Positions 35,883 through 45,700 of a stretch of 64,000 nucleotides of DNA are shown piece after piece; position 1 is the first letter of the stretch; the number at the start of each line of letters is the position of its first letter. Under the pieces are notes generated by a model, which ran no database searches, was not told the DNA's origin, and saw nothing but the letters and a program-made list of their open reading frames with translations. This DNA comes from a virus (Duplodnaviria > Heunggongvirae > Uroviricota > Caudoviricetes). The stretch spans positions 252,067 through 316,066 of IMG/VR virus record IMGVR_UViG_3300022719_000283; one strand, given 5' to 3'. A program made the translations under genes and the position numbers.

Positions 35883-37021
35883 TCACGGTCTACTTCATCG
35901 GGAAGCGGACACGAAGGAGCAGCTTCCCGGATCTGCTGCTGGAGATGATGGGTAGATTCCATGAGTTGCTCGTAGGTCATCGAACCCTCTCGGATCGCCA
36001 TCAACTCTTCCGCGTCGCCGCGAAAGACATGAAGCTGGCCATCGGTCATGAGCTCGAGTCCGGTTCGAAGAAGCCGGATAAGATGCGAGGCATGTTTCGC
36101 GTCGAACCCATACTTGGCCTCGAGTTCAGCACGCGCCTCGTTGCGTTCTTCTTTCCATTTGAGGTACTGCGTCCAGTTCTTTCGAGCTGATCGGTAACGG
36201 CGCTCCTGTTTGATCGCAAAAAGCACATCCTTCGTCAGGCCCAAGCTTGCTCCGGCCAGAACGTAGACCTTTTCGTCGAGCACTGCCTCCTCGCACCGCA
36301 GTGCGGTCACCTGAAACTCAACCATGCGCTGACGCAACGTGTCCTGCACGGCGCCGTCAAGGTAGTCATCCAGACCGTCCTCGACACCCCATCCCCGGAT
36401 AATCTTCTTGACCGCCTCATCGACCTGGTTACGCATGTCGGCCGGAAGCACCGACTCCTCCGGAAGGCCGAAATCCTTACGGGTCGGCTTCGCCTTGGGA
36501 GGGTTGAGCAACCACGCACGATGCGTCTCGATGCGCTTGAGCTGACCCATCGCATACCCGACATACCGATGCCGGGCTTCCTTGCTCAAAAAAAGCTGGC
36601 GTCCCTCCCGGAGTTTGTCCCATGCCGGCGTTGTGAACAGAAACGCGTCTTCCGGGAGAAAGAGGATCTCAAGGAAGCTTGGGTTGTTCTTGGCACACAG
36701 AGCCACGAACTTGTGGATGTCGTAGACACACAGATCCACGATTCCGTTACCTCGTGCGAACGGATCGGAGCGGCGGTAACACTCTCCCGCCGTTGGATGC
36801 TTGAGCAACGTCTCAATCGCCTTGGCACTGTTTTCTCCCCACGATCCCGTTTGTATGGTCTCGGTGAGCTGCTCGAACGTGTAGAAGTGACTCTCTCGAA
36901 AACGACGCGGAGGAATGCAAACCCCGCGAATGTCCACGTCGGAGTCTGGGCGTGACATGCCGTAGGCATGTGACCCTGTCAGCCCCAGGAAGACCGTGTG
37001 CTTGTCGACGTCAAAGTCCAT
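35846..37021 (-). CDS. Pol-beta-superfamily nucleotidyltransferase (YcgL/RlaP-like)
   Basis: LTGSHAYGMSRPDSDVDIRG, KNNPSFLEIL and KHASHLIRLL. Confidence 0.85.
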   Translation of the reverse strand: MDFDVDKHTVFLGLTGSHAYGMSRPDSDVDIRGVCIPPRRFRESHFYTFEQLTETIQTGSWGENSAKAIETLLKHPTAGECYRRSDPFARGNGIVDLCVYDIHKFVALCAKNNPSFLEILFLPEDAFLFTTPAWDKLREGRQLFLSKEARHRYVGYAMGQLKRIETHRAWLLNPPKAKPTRKDFGLPEESVLPADMRNQVDEAVKKIIRGWGVEDGLDDYLDGAVQDTLRQRMVEFQVTALRCEEAVLDEKVYVLAGASLGLTKDVLFAIKQERRYRSARKNWTQYLKWKEERNEARAELEAKYGFDAKHASHLIRLLRTGLELMTDGQLHVFRGDAEELMAIREGSMTYEQLMESTHHLQQQIREAAPSCPLPDEVDRDQIDELLFSILD

Positions 37022-37109
37022 GACTCACCTACATGTGGAAGGGGCCCTTTTTACCCCGTTTGAGCGAAAAAAGCCCCGGTCTTCAGGCAGGGGAGGAAGT
37101 CAAAAGAAA

Positions 37110-38351
37110 TCAGTGAACGTGGTCGAGGCCACCGCCGCAGGTCGGGCATTCTTCCACGTCTCCGAGAATGCCGGTGAGTGCGCTGTTGAGGGTCTGAAAT
37201 TGTTGCTCCTGTTCGCGGATCTGTTGCTCGAGCTCGTCCACAGCACTCTGATTCTTCAGGTATCGGCTCTTGAGCCCCACGGCATTGCTGAGGGCTTTCT
37301 TGTATTTCGCAGCGCGGTCTACGAGCTCATCCCCGAAATCGATGGACGCCAGAGCTGCTTGCGCCGAATCCGCAGTGGCGATCTCCTTTTGAGCGGCTTC
37401 GACCTTCATAGCGAGCTCGACAGTCAGTTGGACCCCTTTGCGGAACTGCTGGGCGTACAGCACGCGGTCCTCGCTGGGAAGAGCCCGGGAAACGTCGTCC
37501 ACGCCATCCAAAGCTTGGACGAGCCCCCGCGCTCTCTCTCGACGTTGCTTGAGGCTCTGCCCCACAAAGAGGGCCTCAGCGACCTCCTGAGCCTTCTCTA
37601 CGCGTTCCCAGGCGGGAAGAGCCGCGTGGGCCTCCTCGACCCCCTCAAGCGCTCTGACGGCCTTCCTGGCGTCCTTGTGACGCCGCTGGAGCTTGTCCAC
37701 GTTGACCACGGCTTTGGCCACCTTCTGGGCCTCTCGGCGCCGCCCTTCGAGCGCCTCGATCTCCTCTTCAACAGCATCTAGGCCGATGAATCGTTCGGCC
37801 TTCTCTTTGAGAGCTTTGGTGTCCCCGCGACGCACCTTGAGCTGAGACCTGGCTGCTTTCCTGTCTTTCTCGCAGGCTGACAGGGCGCGGGAGAGTTGAT
37901 TTACCCGCCTCACATCCGCGACAGCTTCCGCAATCACAGATCCAGTCTCGTGGAGCAGGAAACTGACGCCCGTAATCTGGGGAGCGATCTGGGGCCATAG
38001 CTCCGTCTTGTTCCCGACGATCACCGGGTCCATCCCGAAGATCCGTACCTCGGGCGGAACCCCATGACCTACCTTCTTGAGCTCCTCACCATTGACGATG
38101 TACGTGTTGACGTTCTTCCCCTTTTTCCAGGTCAGCGTCCTATCGTCGTCGAAAGTGAGGTCAACGACGCAATGGTCCTGCCCATGTCGTACGAAGTCGT
38201 AGCCTCGAGCGTTCATAAGAGCGCCGCGGATCGCCCTGAAAAACGCTGACTTGCCCGCGTTGTTCGTGCCCGTGACAACAGTCAAGCCGTCGATCGATAT
38301 TTCAGCATCTTCGACCGATTGAAAATTTCGGACTCTAACCTTGATGGACAC
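37110..38351 (-). CDS. SbcC/Rad50-like ATPase, N-terminal half ending at the zinc hook
   Basis: VRNFQS, Walker A GTNNAGKS, coiled coil, terminal ECPTCGG; no Walker B. Confidence 0.85.
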   Translation of the reverse strand: MSIKVRVRNFQSVEDAEISIDGLTVVTGTNNAGKSAFFRAIRGALMNARGYDFVRHGQDHCVVDLTFDDDRTLTWKKGKNVNTYIVNGEELKKVGHGVPPEVRIFGMDPVIVGNKTELWPQIAPQITGVSFLLHETGSVIAEAVADVRRVNQLSRALSACEKDRKAARSQLKVRRGDTKALKEKAERFIGLDAVEEEIEALEGRRREAQKVAKAVVNVDKLQRRHKDARKAVRALEGVEEAHAALPAWERVEKAQEVAEALFVGQSLKQRRERARGLVQALDGVDDVSRALPSEDRVLYAQQFRKGVQLTVELAMKVEAAQKEIATADSAQAALASIDFGDELVDRAAKYKKALSNAVGLKSRYLKNQSAVDELEQQIREQEQQFQTLNSALTGILGDVEECPTCGGGLDHVH

Positions 38352-38414
38352 CTAGGATTCTCCGCGTCATGTCAACGACGCACCACCACGCTACCCGCCA
38401 CCAGTGGTGCCAGG

Positions 38415-39725
38415 CTACGAATCGTCTGACTCATCGGTAGTGCTGATGGACGACAGAAGGTCCTTGAGCTCCGCATCGTTCTGAAAAGACTCAGCCCCAA
38501 ACAGGTCGAGCTCGTCCTCGTCGTCGTCCCCGTCATCAGACCCTCCGGCAGCCATGTAAGGCTTGACCTGTTTTTCCAATGCTTTGCGCATATCTGGAGC
38601 CTTGTCGAAAAAACGACGAAACTTCTCCATCCCCTGACCGCTGTGTTCTTCGCCACTCGGGTCCACCCAGTAGTACCAGGTGCCTTTCTTGCGGATCAGG
38701 TTGTGGGCCAGACCGATCTCGATCAGAGATCGCAAGTCATCCACCCCAAGACCCCACCGGATGTAAAGGTCTTCCTCATTCCCCTGCTGAGGAGAGACCT
38801 TGCACTTGTCGAGTTTGGCTCGGATCTTCGCACCAACGACACGGTTGTCGGTTTTGTTCGACAGCGCGCTGTATTCCGAAGCTTTTTCGGTACCGACCTT
38901 TTTGAGCCGCATGCGAAGTGCGCTGTAGTACTTCCATGCTTTGCCCCCCTGAACCGTGAACTGGTCACCGTACCCCATCGTGTTGATAGAGTCGCGCATC
39001 TGGGAAATGCCGATGACCGCCGTTTTCGTTTTGGAGATCCTGGCTTTGAGCTTTGGCAAGAAGGCCGACCAAACCGCGGCGTTCATACCCACTCGTCCTT
39101 GAGCCGCGGTCTCCTTGATGCTCTTTTCGAAGTAAGCTTTCGGAACCCCCGCGCCCACGCTATCCAAAACGATGAGTGTCACACCGTGTGTAGCCATGGT
39201 CCAGATGATGGCGACACCATCATCCAAGGTATCCGGTTGCATGAGCATAAACTTGTCGGGATTTCCGATGGGCACCCCCAGAGCCATCGCGTATTCGGGA
39301 ACGATCTCATGCTCCCAGTCGATGTAGCAGACAGTTCCGCCAGCCCTGGTTGCTTCGGCCGCTGTTTGTAGAGCGATCGTCGTCTTGCCTGACCCCTCGG
39401 GCCCGTACAAGTTCATGATCTTGCCGTGGGGAACCCCTGGGCACGGAGCCACACCGTGTGCGTTGAGTTTGCCCCCAATCAGGTGGTTGAGAACGATGGA
39501 TCCGGTCGAGAGAACCTCCATCGGCTGTTTCGCCTGCTTGGGGTCCAGATCGACAACGTAATCATCGCCCTTGAGTGCTGATTTGAGAAGCGCTCGACCT
39601 GCCGCCAACGGAGAAGAGGACTTACCGCCTTTCTTGCTCTTCTTCTTCTTGGACGAAACTCCCTTCTTGGAGCTCTTCTTCGTCGACGATTTCTTCTTCT
39701 TGGAGGTCTTCTTACTTGGTGGCAT
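38415..39725 (-). CDS. recA: RecA recombinase with a Lys/Ser-rich N-terminal tail and acidic C-terminal tail
   Basis: STGSIVLN, YGPEGSGKTT, LIVLDSVGA, GISQMR, GGKAWKYYSALR and LDKCKVSP. Confidence 0.95.
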   Translation of the reverse strand: MPPSKKTSKKKKSSTKKSSKKGVSSKKKKSKKGGKSSSPLAAGRALLKSALKGDDYVVDLDPKQAKQPMEVLSTGSIVLNHLIGGKLNAHGVAPCPGVPHGKIMNLYGPEGSGKTTIALQTAAEATRAGGTVCYIDWEHEIVPEYAMALGVPIGNPDKFMLMQPDTLDDGVAIIWTMATHGVTLIVLDSVGAGVPKAYFEKSIKETAAQGRVGMNAAVWSAFLPKLKARISKTKTAVIGISQMRDSINTMGYGDQFTVQGGKAWKYYSALRMRLKKVGTEKASEYSALSNKTDNRVVGAKIRAKLDKCKVSPQQGNEEDLYIRWGLGVDDLRSLIEIGLAHNLIRKKGTWYYWVDPSGEEHSGQGMEKFRRFFDKAPDMRKALEKQVKPYMAAGGSDDGDDDEDELDLFGAESFQNDAELKDLLSSISTTDESDDS

Positions 39726-40407
39726 CGCGTTTCCTGCGGCGTTTTTTGGAGGGAAGCTTGCTAGTCATGGACCAGAGAAAAAACCGGTCACCCTCTCGGT
39801 GAAGGACTCCCTTGATCTCGAGCTGGCCGGCTCTTTTACCCTTGGTGATTTTCCGAATGTGCGTGAAGGTTCTCTTCTCGTAGGGAGTGAGTTCATCTTC
39901 GTGAAGGTCTCCGATGTAAAACTCCCACCAGCGTCCAGAGAGGCAGGCGACGTGGTAGGCATCGGCTTCGTTGTGGTCCCATCGACCCCCGCCAACGTCC
40001 TCCTTGGCCACCTGGATCATGTCGGGCTTGCCCATCTTCCAATCGGAAGGGAGACCGGACTTGTCCTTTGCGAATTTCTTGACTTGCGGTGGCGCCCAGA
40101 GAACCACATCTTTCGCTTCGTCCTGAATGGCCTCGAGGCTGATAATGAAAAGCGCATACATCCCTTCCGAGTAGTTCTCATTCATGACGGGATGCTCGAT
40201 CCCGACGGTCTCGACCTCGGGGTGCGTAGCCAAGAGCTCACGCAACGACTCGCGAAGGAACACGTACCGTGAAACTTCATCGGGGAAACTCTTTTTCTTG
40301 GTCCGAAACCGTCCTCGATCCAGACAACGATCCCGACCTTCAGCTCGGGTGTCGTGGATGGCCCACCCAAAGTTGGTGAGGGAGGGGTCGAGTCCCAGAA
40401 CAATCAC
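39712..40407 (-). CDS. ruvC: RuvC-like Holliday junction resolvase
   Basis: VLGLDPSLTNFGWA, VGIEHP and HNEADAY. Confidence 0.9.
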   Translation of the reverse strand: MIVLGLDPSLTNFGWAIHDTRAEGRDRCLDRGRFRTKKKSFPDEVSRYVFLRESLRELLATHPEVETVGIEHPVMNENYSEGMYALFIISLEAIQDEAKDVVLWAPPQVKKFAKDKSGLPSDWKMGKPDMIQVAKEDVGGGRWDHNEADAYHVACLSGRWWEFYIGDLHEDELTPYEKRTFTHIRKITKGKRAGQLEIKGVLHREGDRFFLWSMTSKLPSKKRRRKRDATK

Positions 40408-40440
40408 CGCCCACTCTACCCCTCCCTCATGGTTTCGACG

Positions 40441-41196
40441 CTAGTCGTCGAGCATGGACCCCAGCAGACCGTCCACGTCGGCATCGCTGGAAACTACATC
40501 TCCGACCGGGCCGCCGGAGCTGAGACCGAGCTTCTCCTTGAGTTGCTCGATCGTGAGATCCTGACCAATCTCACGGCCAAGGTTGGGGGCCATCTGACGT
40601 ACCCGGTCGATGATGAACTGCGCGATCTCCTTGCCCTTCGCGTTGTTCGACTTCAGCATCTCCTTGAAGATGCTCTGCTTGGCAGGCAAGAAGTTGAACT
40701 TCTGATAGGTGGAGTCCTCGCAATCGGCCTGCACATCGTTGTCATGCATCCAGTAGCCACTGGCGTGCATCTTCTTCAACTTCTCGTACTTCTCCTGCGA
40801 GAAGATCCAGGGTATCACCTCGGGCATCCCGCTGAAAAGGGACTCTTTGTCGGGCTGCCCATTTCGACCCAAAGGCCACAAGACGATGAGAGTTGCGACC
40901 TGCATCCGAGGGTTCTCCCCCAACAGTTTCGTGTACTCGGGTCCCTTGTTGAGGACATACCCCACTTTTTCGTTGTAGTTGCGCGGCGCCCCGATGAATT
41001 TCGGGGTGAGCTCAGCCTCATCCTGACCTTCGGCCGGCATGAGGTTTGAAACATCGAAGTCATCCGACTCCATACCGGGCCACCAGACGAAGCCAATGCG
41101 ATAGGTCTTTCCCTTTTCGCCTTTGAACTTCTTTGCCCGTGATCCGATGCCGCTGTCGTTCTGGCCGAAACCAAATTCCTGGAATCCGCTACTCAT
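40441..41196 (-). CDS. Probable phage single-stranded DNA-binding protein
   Basis: Aromatic-rich beta core and acidic tail (DVDGLLGSMLDD); sits next to ruvC and recA. Confidence 0.55.
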   Translation of the reverse strand: MSSGFQEFGFGQNDSGIGSRAKKFKGEKGKTYRIGFVWWPGMESDDFDVSNLMPAEGQDEAELTPKFIGAPRNYNEKVGYVLNKGPEYTKLLGENPRMQVATLIVLWPLGRNGQPDKESLFSGMPEVIPWIFSQEKYEKLKKMHASGYWMHDNDVQADCEDSTYQKFNFLPAKQSIFKEMLKSNNAKGKEIAQFIIDRVRQMAPNLGREIGQDLTIEQLKEKLGLSSGGPVGDVVSSDADVDGLLGSMLDD

Positions 41197-41293
41197 TTTG
41201 CTTTCTCTCGTTTTCGGTGTTGGTGTTGATGAAATGGCGGGTCTATTAGACGTGCCGGTTCAAACCTTCTACCCCTTTTGGAGGGGCACTGAA

Positions 41294-42328
41294 TCAGTCG
41301 TCGGCAAGACTCGCTATGAGATCGTCGATACCTTGATCACTGCCTTCTTTCGAAACCTCTTCGGAGTCTTCTTGCTCAACTCCCTCCAACGTTTCGAGAA
41401 AATCGTCTGCGTGTTCCTGTGCAGTGTGGTCTTCCGGGAGCTCACCCTCGGCGTCCTCGTCCGGAATCAGTTTCGTCATGTCGTCTGCATCAGGCTGCGG
41501 CGTTTCGGCCTCTTCCTCGCCGAAAATCAACACGGGTTCCGGCTCAGCTTGAGGGGCCGGGTCCTCGTCCTCCGAATCACCATCCTCCGAATCACCATCC
41601 TCCGAATCACCATCCTCCGAATCACCATCCTCCGTCTCGTCGCCCTCCTCATCGCCCTCCTCATCGCCCTCCTCATCGCCCTCCTCGCCCGTGGACTTCA
41701 CGGAGAACTCCTCATCATCGTTATCCACGACACCGGATGCGGTGTCCATGCCCACGAGCAGGTCGTCGATCTCGCTGACACTCTGGGAAGCCCTCGAGGG
41801 TGAGGCGTTCGATCCCCACCGAGCCCCCATCCCGAGGTCGTGTTCGATGAGCTTCATCTGATCTCGCATTCGACTCTGGATGTCCTTGAGGTCCGTGCGT
41901 TTGGATTTGATCACGGCCATCAGGGCTTCTAAATCATGAGCCGCGAGCTGGAGCTTCTGGATTTCCTCAATCTCGTTTCGAAGCTGAACATCAGCTAAGG
42001 CTTCACGTTCACCCTGAGATCGTCCTACTCGACACTTCGGATCGTTCACCATGAGATCCCGCTTCTCCAGATCGTACAAAGCTTCGCGCTTTGAAATTTG
42101 CCGCTTGAAATAGTGGAGATCCTCGCTGGTTTGAAGGAAAATCTGCTCAAGACGGGTCAACATCGAGCGCACTTGTGCGATCCTGTTGTTGAACCGTTTG
42201 GGGCCGTGCTCGATCGGATTGGGATCGAGGCGGATCTCCATCTTTTTCAGCTCCTTGTAGGTGTTCTCGATTCGATCAAGATCCACCACGGGCTTGGCAC
42301 GAGATTTAGGTGCCGGGCTTGATGTCAT
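41294..42328 (-). CDS. Coiled-coil protein with an acidic repeat tail (possible recombination mediator)
   Basis: Helical N-half and D/E-rich C-half; the function is a positional guess. Confidence 0.5.
   Translation of the reverse strand: MTSSPAPKSRAKPVVDLDRIENTYKELKKMEIRLDPNPIEHGPKRFNNRIAQVRSMLTRLEQIFLQTSEDLHYFKRQISKREALYDLEKRDLMVNDPKCRVGRSQGEREALADVQLRNEIEEIQKLQLAAHDLEALMAVIKSKRTDLKDIQSRMRDQMKLIEHDLGMGARWGSNASPSRASQSVSEIDDLLVGMDTASGVVDNDDEEFSVKSTGEEGDEEGDEEGDEEGDETEDGDSEDGDSEDGDSEDGDSEDEDPAPQAEPEPVLIFGEEEAETPQPDADDMTKLIPDEDAEGELPEDHTAQEHADDFLETLEGVEQEDSEEVSKEGSDQGIDDLIASLADD
41570..41686. repeat. Coding tandem repeats: 4 x 15 bp (EDGDS), then 3-4 x 12 bp (DEEG)
   Basis: CTCCGAATCACCATC x4 (41570-41629) and CGCCCTCCTCAT x3 (41641-41676) plus a partial copy. 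Confidence 0.95.
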
Positions 42329-42743
42329 CCGGACTTACTCCCAACTCTCGCATCACGAGAATGTTGTAGTTGTTCCGAACCCCCCTCACGGAGTCCTTGA
42401 AAAAGTTTGGGCTGATGGAGTTGTTGGCCAGGGCTGACTCGAGCGCGGCCAGATCGCACTCCATGGACAGCATGTAGCGCGCAAGCTTCGCATCCTTGAG
42501 TGTGAGACCTTGAGCCGCATAGGTCTGGTCATCCTCGCGATCAGCCATGACGTCCGCCCCAGGACCGCTGTGGTCATCTTGCACGGACTGCCATGCTCCG
42601 GAGAACCCTACAAAGGAGTCTCCGTTGCGCCCTTTCACCGATCGGGTGCAAGTGATTTTGGTAATCCGAAGCCCCTTCCGAATTCTTCGAAGGCGCTCTT
42701 TGACGTCGTCGGGCAGGTTGGGTGTTTTGGGTTGTTCTGGCAT
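42306..42743 (-). CDS. Hypothetical protein
   Basis: Likely start MPEQPK at 42743; co-oriented with and overlapping the next gene. Confidence 0.6.
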   Translation of the reverse strand: MPEQPKTPNLPDDVKERLRRIRKGLRITKITCTRSVKGRNGDSFVGFSGAWQSVQDDHSGPGADVMADREDDQTYAAQGLTLKDAKLARYMLSMECDLAALESALANNSISPNFFKDSVRGVRNNYNILVMRELGVSPDDIKPGT

Positions 42744-42797
42744 AGGTGCCCCGTTTTGAGCTCTCAAGAGTGATACCCTTTTTTCCTGGCCCTTGAA

Positions 42798-45700
42798 TCA
42801 CCCGAGAGATTTAAGAAGTTGACGAAGACGCTCCGGAAAAAGCGTGTTACGAGCATCGACCTTGTTGTTCGCAATGGCTTTTTCCAAAGCCTCGGGATGG
42901 CCAACCAAGATCACTTTTTTGCGAGCTCGGGTGATGGCCGTGTAGAGCAGGTTTCGTTGAAGTTGACGTCGAAAGGCGTTCGACCACGGCATCAAGATCA
43001 CGTCGTATTCCTGACCCTGGCTCTTGTGGACTGTGACACAGTAGGCCATACGCAAGAACTTGGGGGCGTCCTTGAACGTCATCTCGACCTGCATGGCCGG
43101 AGGACCGTGAATTTTGATCGTCACGATCTTCTCCTTTTCGTTGAGTCGCACTACCTTGCCTACGTCTCCGTTGAAAATCTCGTATCGGTAGTTGTTCTTC
43201 GAAACCATCACGCGATCCCCCTCGCGTACGGTCTCTGGACCCAACCTCATCTCCTTCAGTCCCGGTGTCTTCGGATTGAGGAGCTCACGGATACGAAGGT
43301 TCAGATTCGTTACTCCAAGGTCTCCCGCGTGACGTGGACTGAGCACCTGGAAGTTGGCTCGACGATCGTACAATTTCTGAACCGTCGAGGTCACCGTCTC
43401 GAGAATTTGATGTTCCCTGCGGACCTCTACAAACATGAAATCCTTGGACCGCCGGTCGAACTTGGGGACCTCTCCGCGATTGATAGCGTGTGCCGCAATC
43501 ACGATGTCACTGGCTTCGTCTTGCCGGTAAATGTCCTTGAGGTTCACCACCGGGAAGAAATCCGACGCGATGAGATCTCGAAGCACATTGCCAGGACCCA
43601 CACTCGGAAGCTGGGCCGCGTCGCCAACAAACACCAAGCGACAGTCCCGAGCCGTACAGGTGAGGAGACGGAAAAGAAGATGTTGGTCCACCATCGAGCT
43701 CTCGTCGCAGATCACGACCTTGGCCGGGTGAGGACTGTTGGATGAGAACCCCCAGAATTCTTTGGAGCCGTCTTCAGCCACTCCCTGATTGCTGGCTCCC
43801 ACGATCCCCGCATAGGTGCTTTCGCGATCGTTGTCGGTCTCCATCCCCTTAGCACCGAAGGCTCGATGAATCGTGGAGGCATCCGCTCCCGTCACGGCCG
43901 TCAGCCGCTTAGCAGCAATTCCGGTAGGAGCGACCAACAAGAAAGGAACATTGGCATCCTGGAGCACCTTCACGACAACCTTGAGGGCAGTCGTGTTGTG
44001 GCTAATGAACCCGTTAGACAGGAATTCGTGATCTTGAGGCACTCCAAAGTCAACAACTTGAGATTCTCCGCGCTCCAACGACCGGATTGTGTCGTAGAAA
44101 AAACGAGGTTGCATGAGCACCCGAAGTGCCTCGGTAGTCTCCGAAGGAGATGCCTTCTTCAACATTTTCTCCAAATGGACGCGAGAAGGGCGCCGTGCAT
44201 TGGCTCCTTTCCCTTTCGCGTAACGGTAGAAGAGGTTGTAGTCGGCCCTTTTCGCAGGTTTTACCTCCTCCATCAGGGTGTTGATGAGTTTTTTCGCGTA
44301 GATCAGATGACGATTCGTATTCGAAAGAGCCGTTCGTTCCGGAAGCTCCTTGAACTCGCACCCGACATCACAACGAAAACGATCATAGTCCTCCCCGTAA
44401 ATTGAGATGCGGTACCAAGGCTTAAAAACCCCAGCACTCAATCCTGGTTGGCTGTTTCGGGATTCCGTCCGTAAAGACCCGACAATGCCGAGTGCCAACA
44501 GGAGGCAGTGGACTTGTGTAGCGAGCCGTTTACTACGGGTGCCGTACTCAACGGAAAACCGATCTGGGTTGACCGTGCCATCTCCCTCAAAAAGAGTGCG
44601 GAGAAAAGCTACAACCTCCTCACGACTACCCCTCATGATCGACCAGGGCACCTCTTTTTCATAAGAGTCATGAAACCCCAGACCCACGGCACTGAACCAG
44701 CGCCGTAGCTGCACGCTGTTCACGCGCACACCGACAACCTTTTCAACGCGTTTGTCGTAATGGTCCCGAGGACTGTAGCTGAATAGGTTCTCGAAAAGAG
44801 CCGCCACCTCTCCCCGTACACGAGGATCGTGGTTGGTCGTGGTCAACGTCTTCGAGTCCGTGGTGGTGCCTTCGGACACCAAATACCCCATCAATCGCGC
44901 CAGAGCTTTCGTCGTGTGAGAAGGAGCGCGGTAACGTTTTTCACGCGAATCCCCTTCGATGAGGGGAGGCAGGGACACTGACTCGCCAAAAGAGTAGCCC
45001 CCTCGGAGCAGCACCGGGACAGAGTCCCTCGTCAATTGACCAAGCTGTTTCCAAACAATCTCACCGTCTTCCACCACCCTGATGGGGTGTTCGAAAGTGC
45101 CTTCGAGCGAAAACCCGCTTGAGGTCGTCACCCGAACCGTCGGCGCAACACCTCCGTTGTAGACGTAACCCGTCTCGCGTACACCGCGACTGGTGTCGAT
45201 AGGAATTCGAAGGTCCGCCTGTTCCCCTGCCCCCAACCCTTCGGGCAAAAACTCTCCGATGGGTCTGAAACCTTGACTCCCTACCAACGTATCAGGGACC
45301 ACACATTTGCCCGTGCCCGGGAGGCCCGTCAGCACAGAAACCGGTTCAACAAGTGCGTTGATCGCCCCCTGGAGCTGGTCCTCTGACAGCTTCAGGTTTC
45401 CATGCTCGGACCACTCCCGAATAGCTGTCTCAGCAACGGTGGCCAACCTGGCTCCTTTTCGCTGGGCGGCTTTTTCGCTCTTCGGGCCTACCGTCCCCAG
45501 TTTCTCGATATACTCCGATCGGGCCTCGTCACTGAGCTCCGCGTGGCCTTGACGCTCAGACAACAAGACCGCCGACTGGACCTCCAAGGAGTGAAACCAC
45601 GGCTCATAGATGGCCACGGTACCTTCCCGGGTCTTGTTGTCCAGCACGATGAGCTGATCGTCGTGTAGCTGCTTAAGGATATGTGCAACCTGAGCCTTGT

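Noticed and set aside
37066-37097. Possible terminator between the SbcC N-half and the nucleotidyltransferase
   Set aside because: A U-tract is present but the stem is short and mismatched; too weak to call.
41570-41686. Direct repeats as a possible CRISPR array
   Set aside because: The repeats are contiguous, in frame and have no spacers; they encode acidic peptide repeats. No cas operon is present, and the Cas4-like nuclease sits in a recombination cluster.
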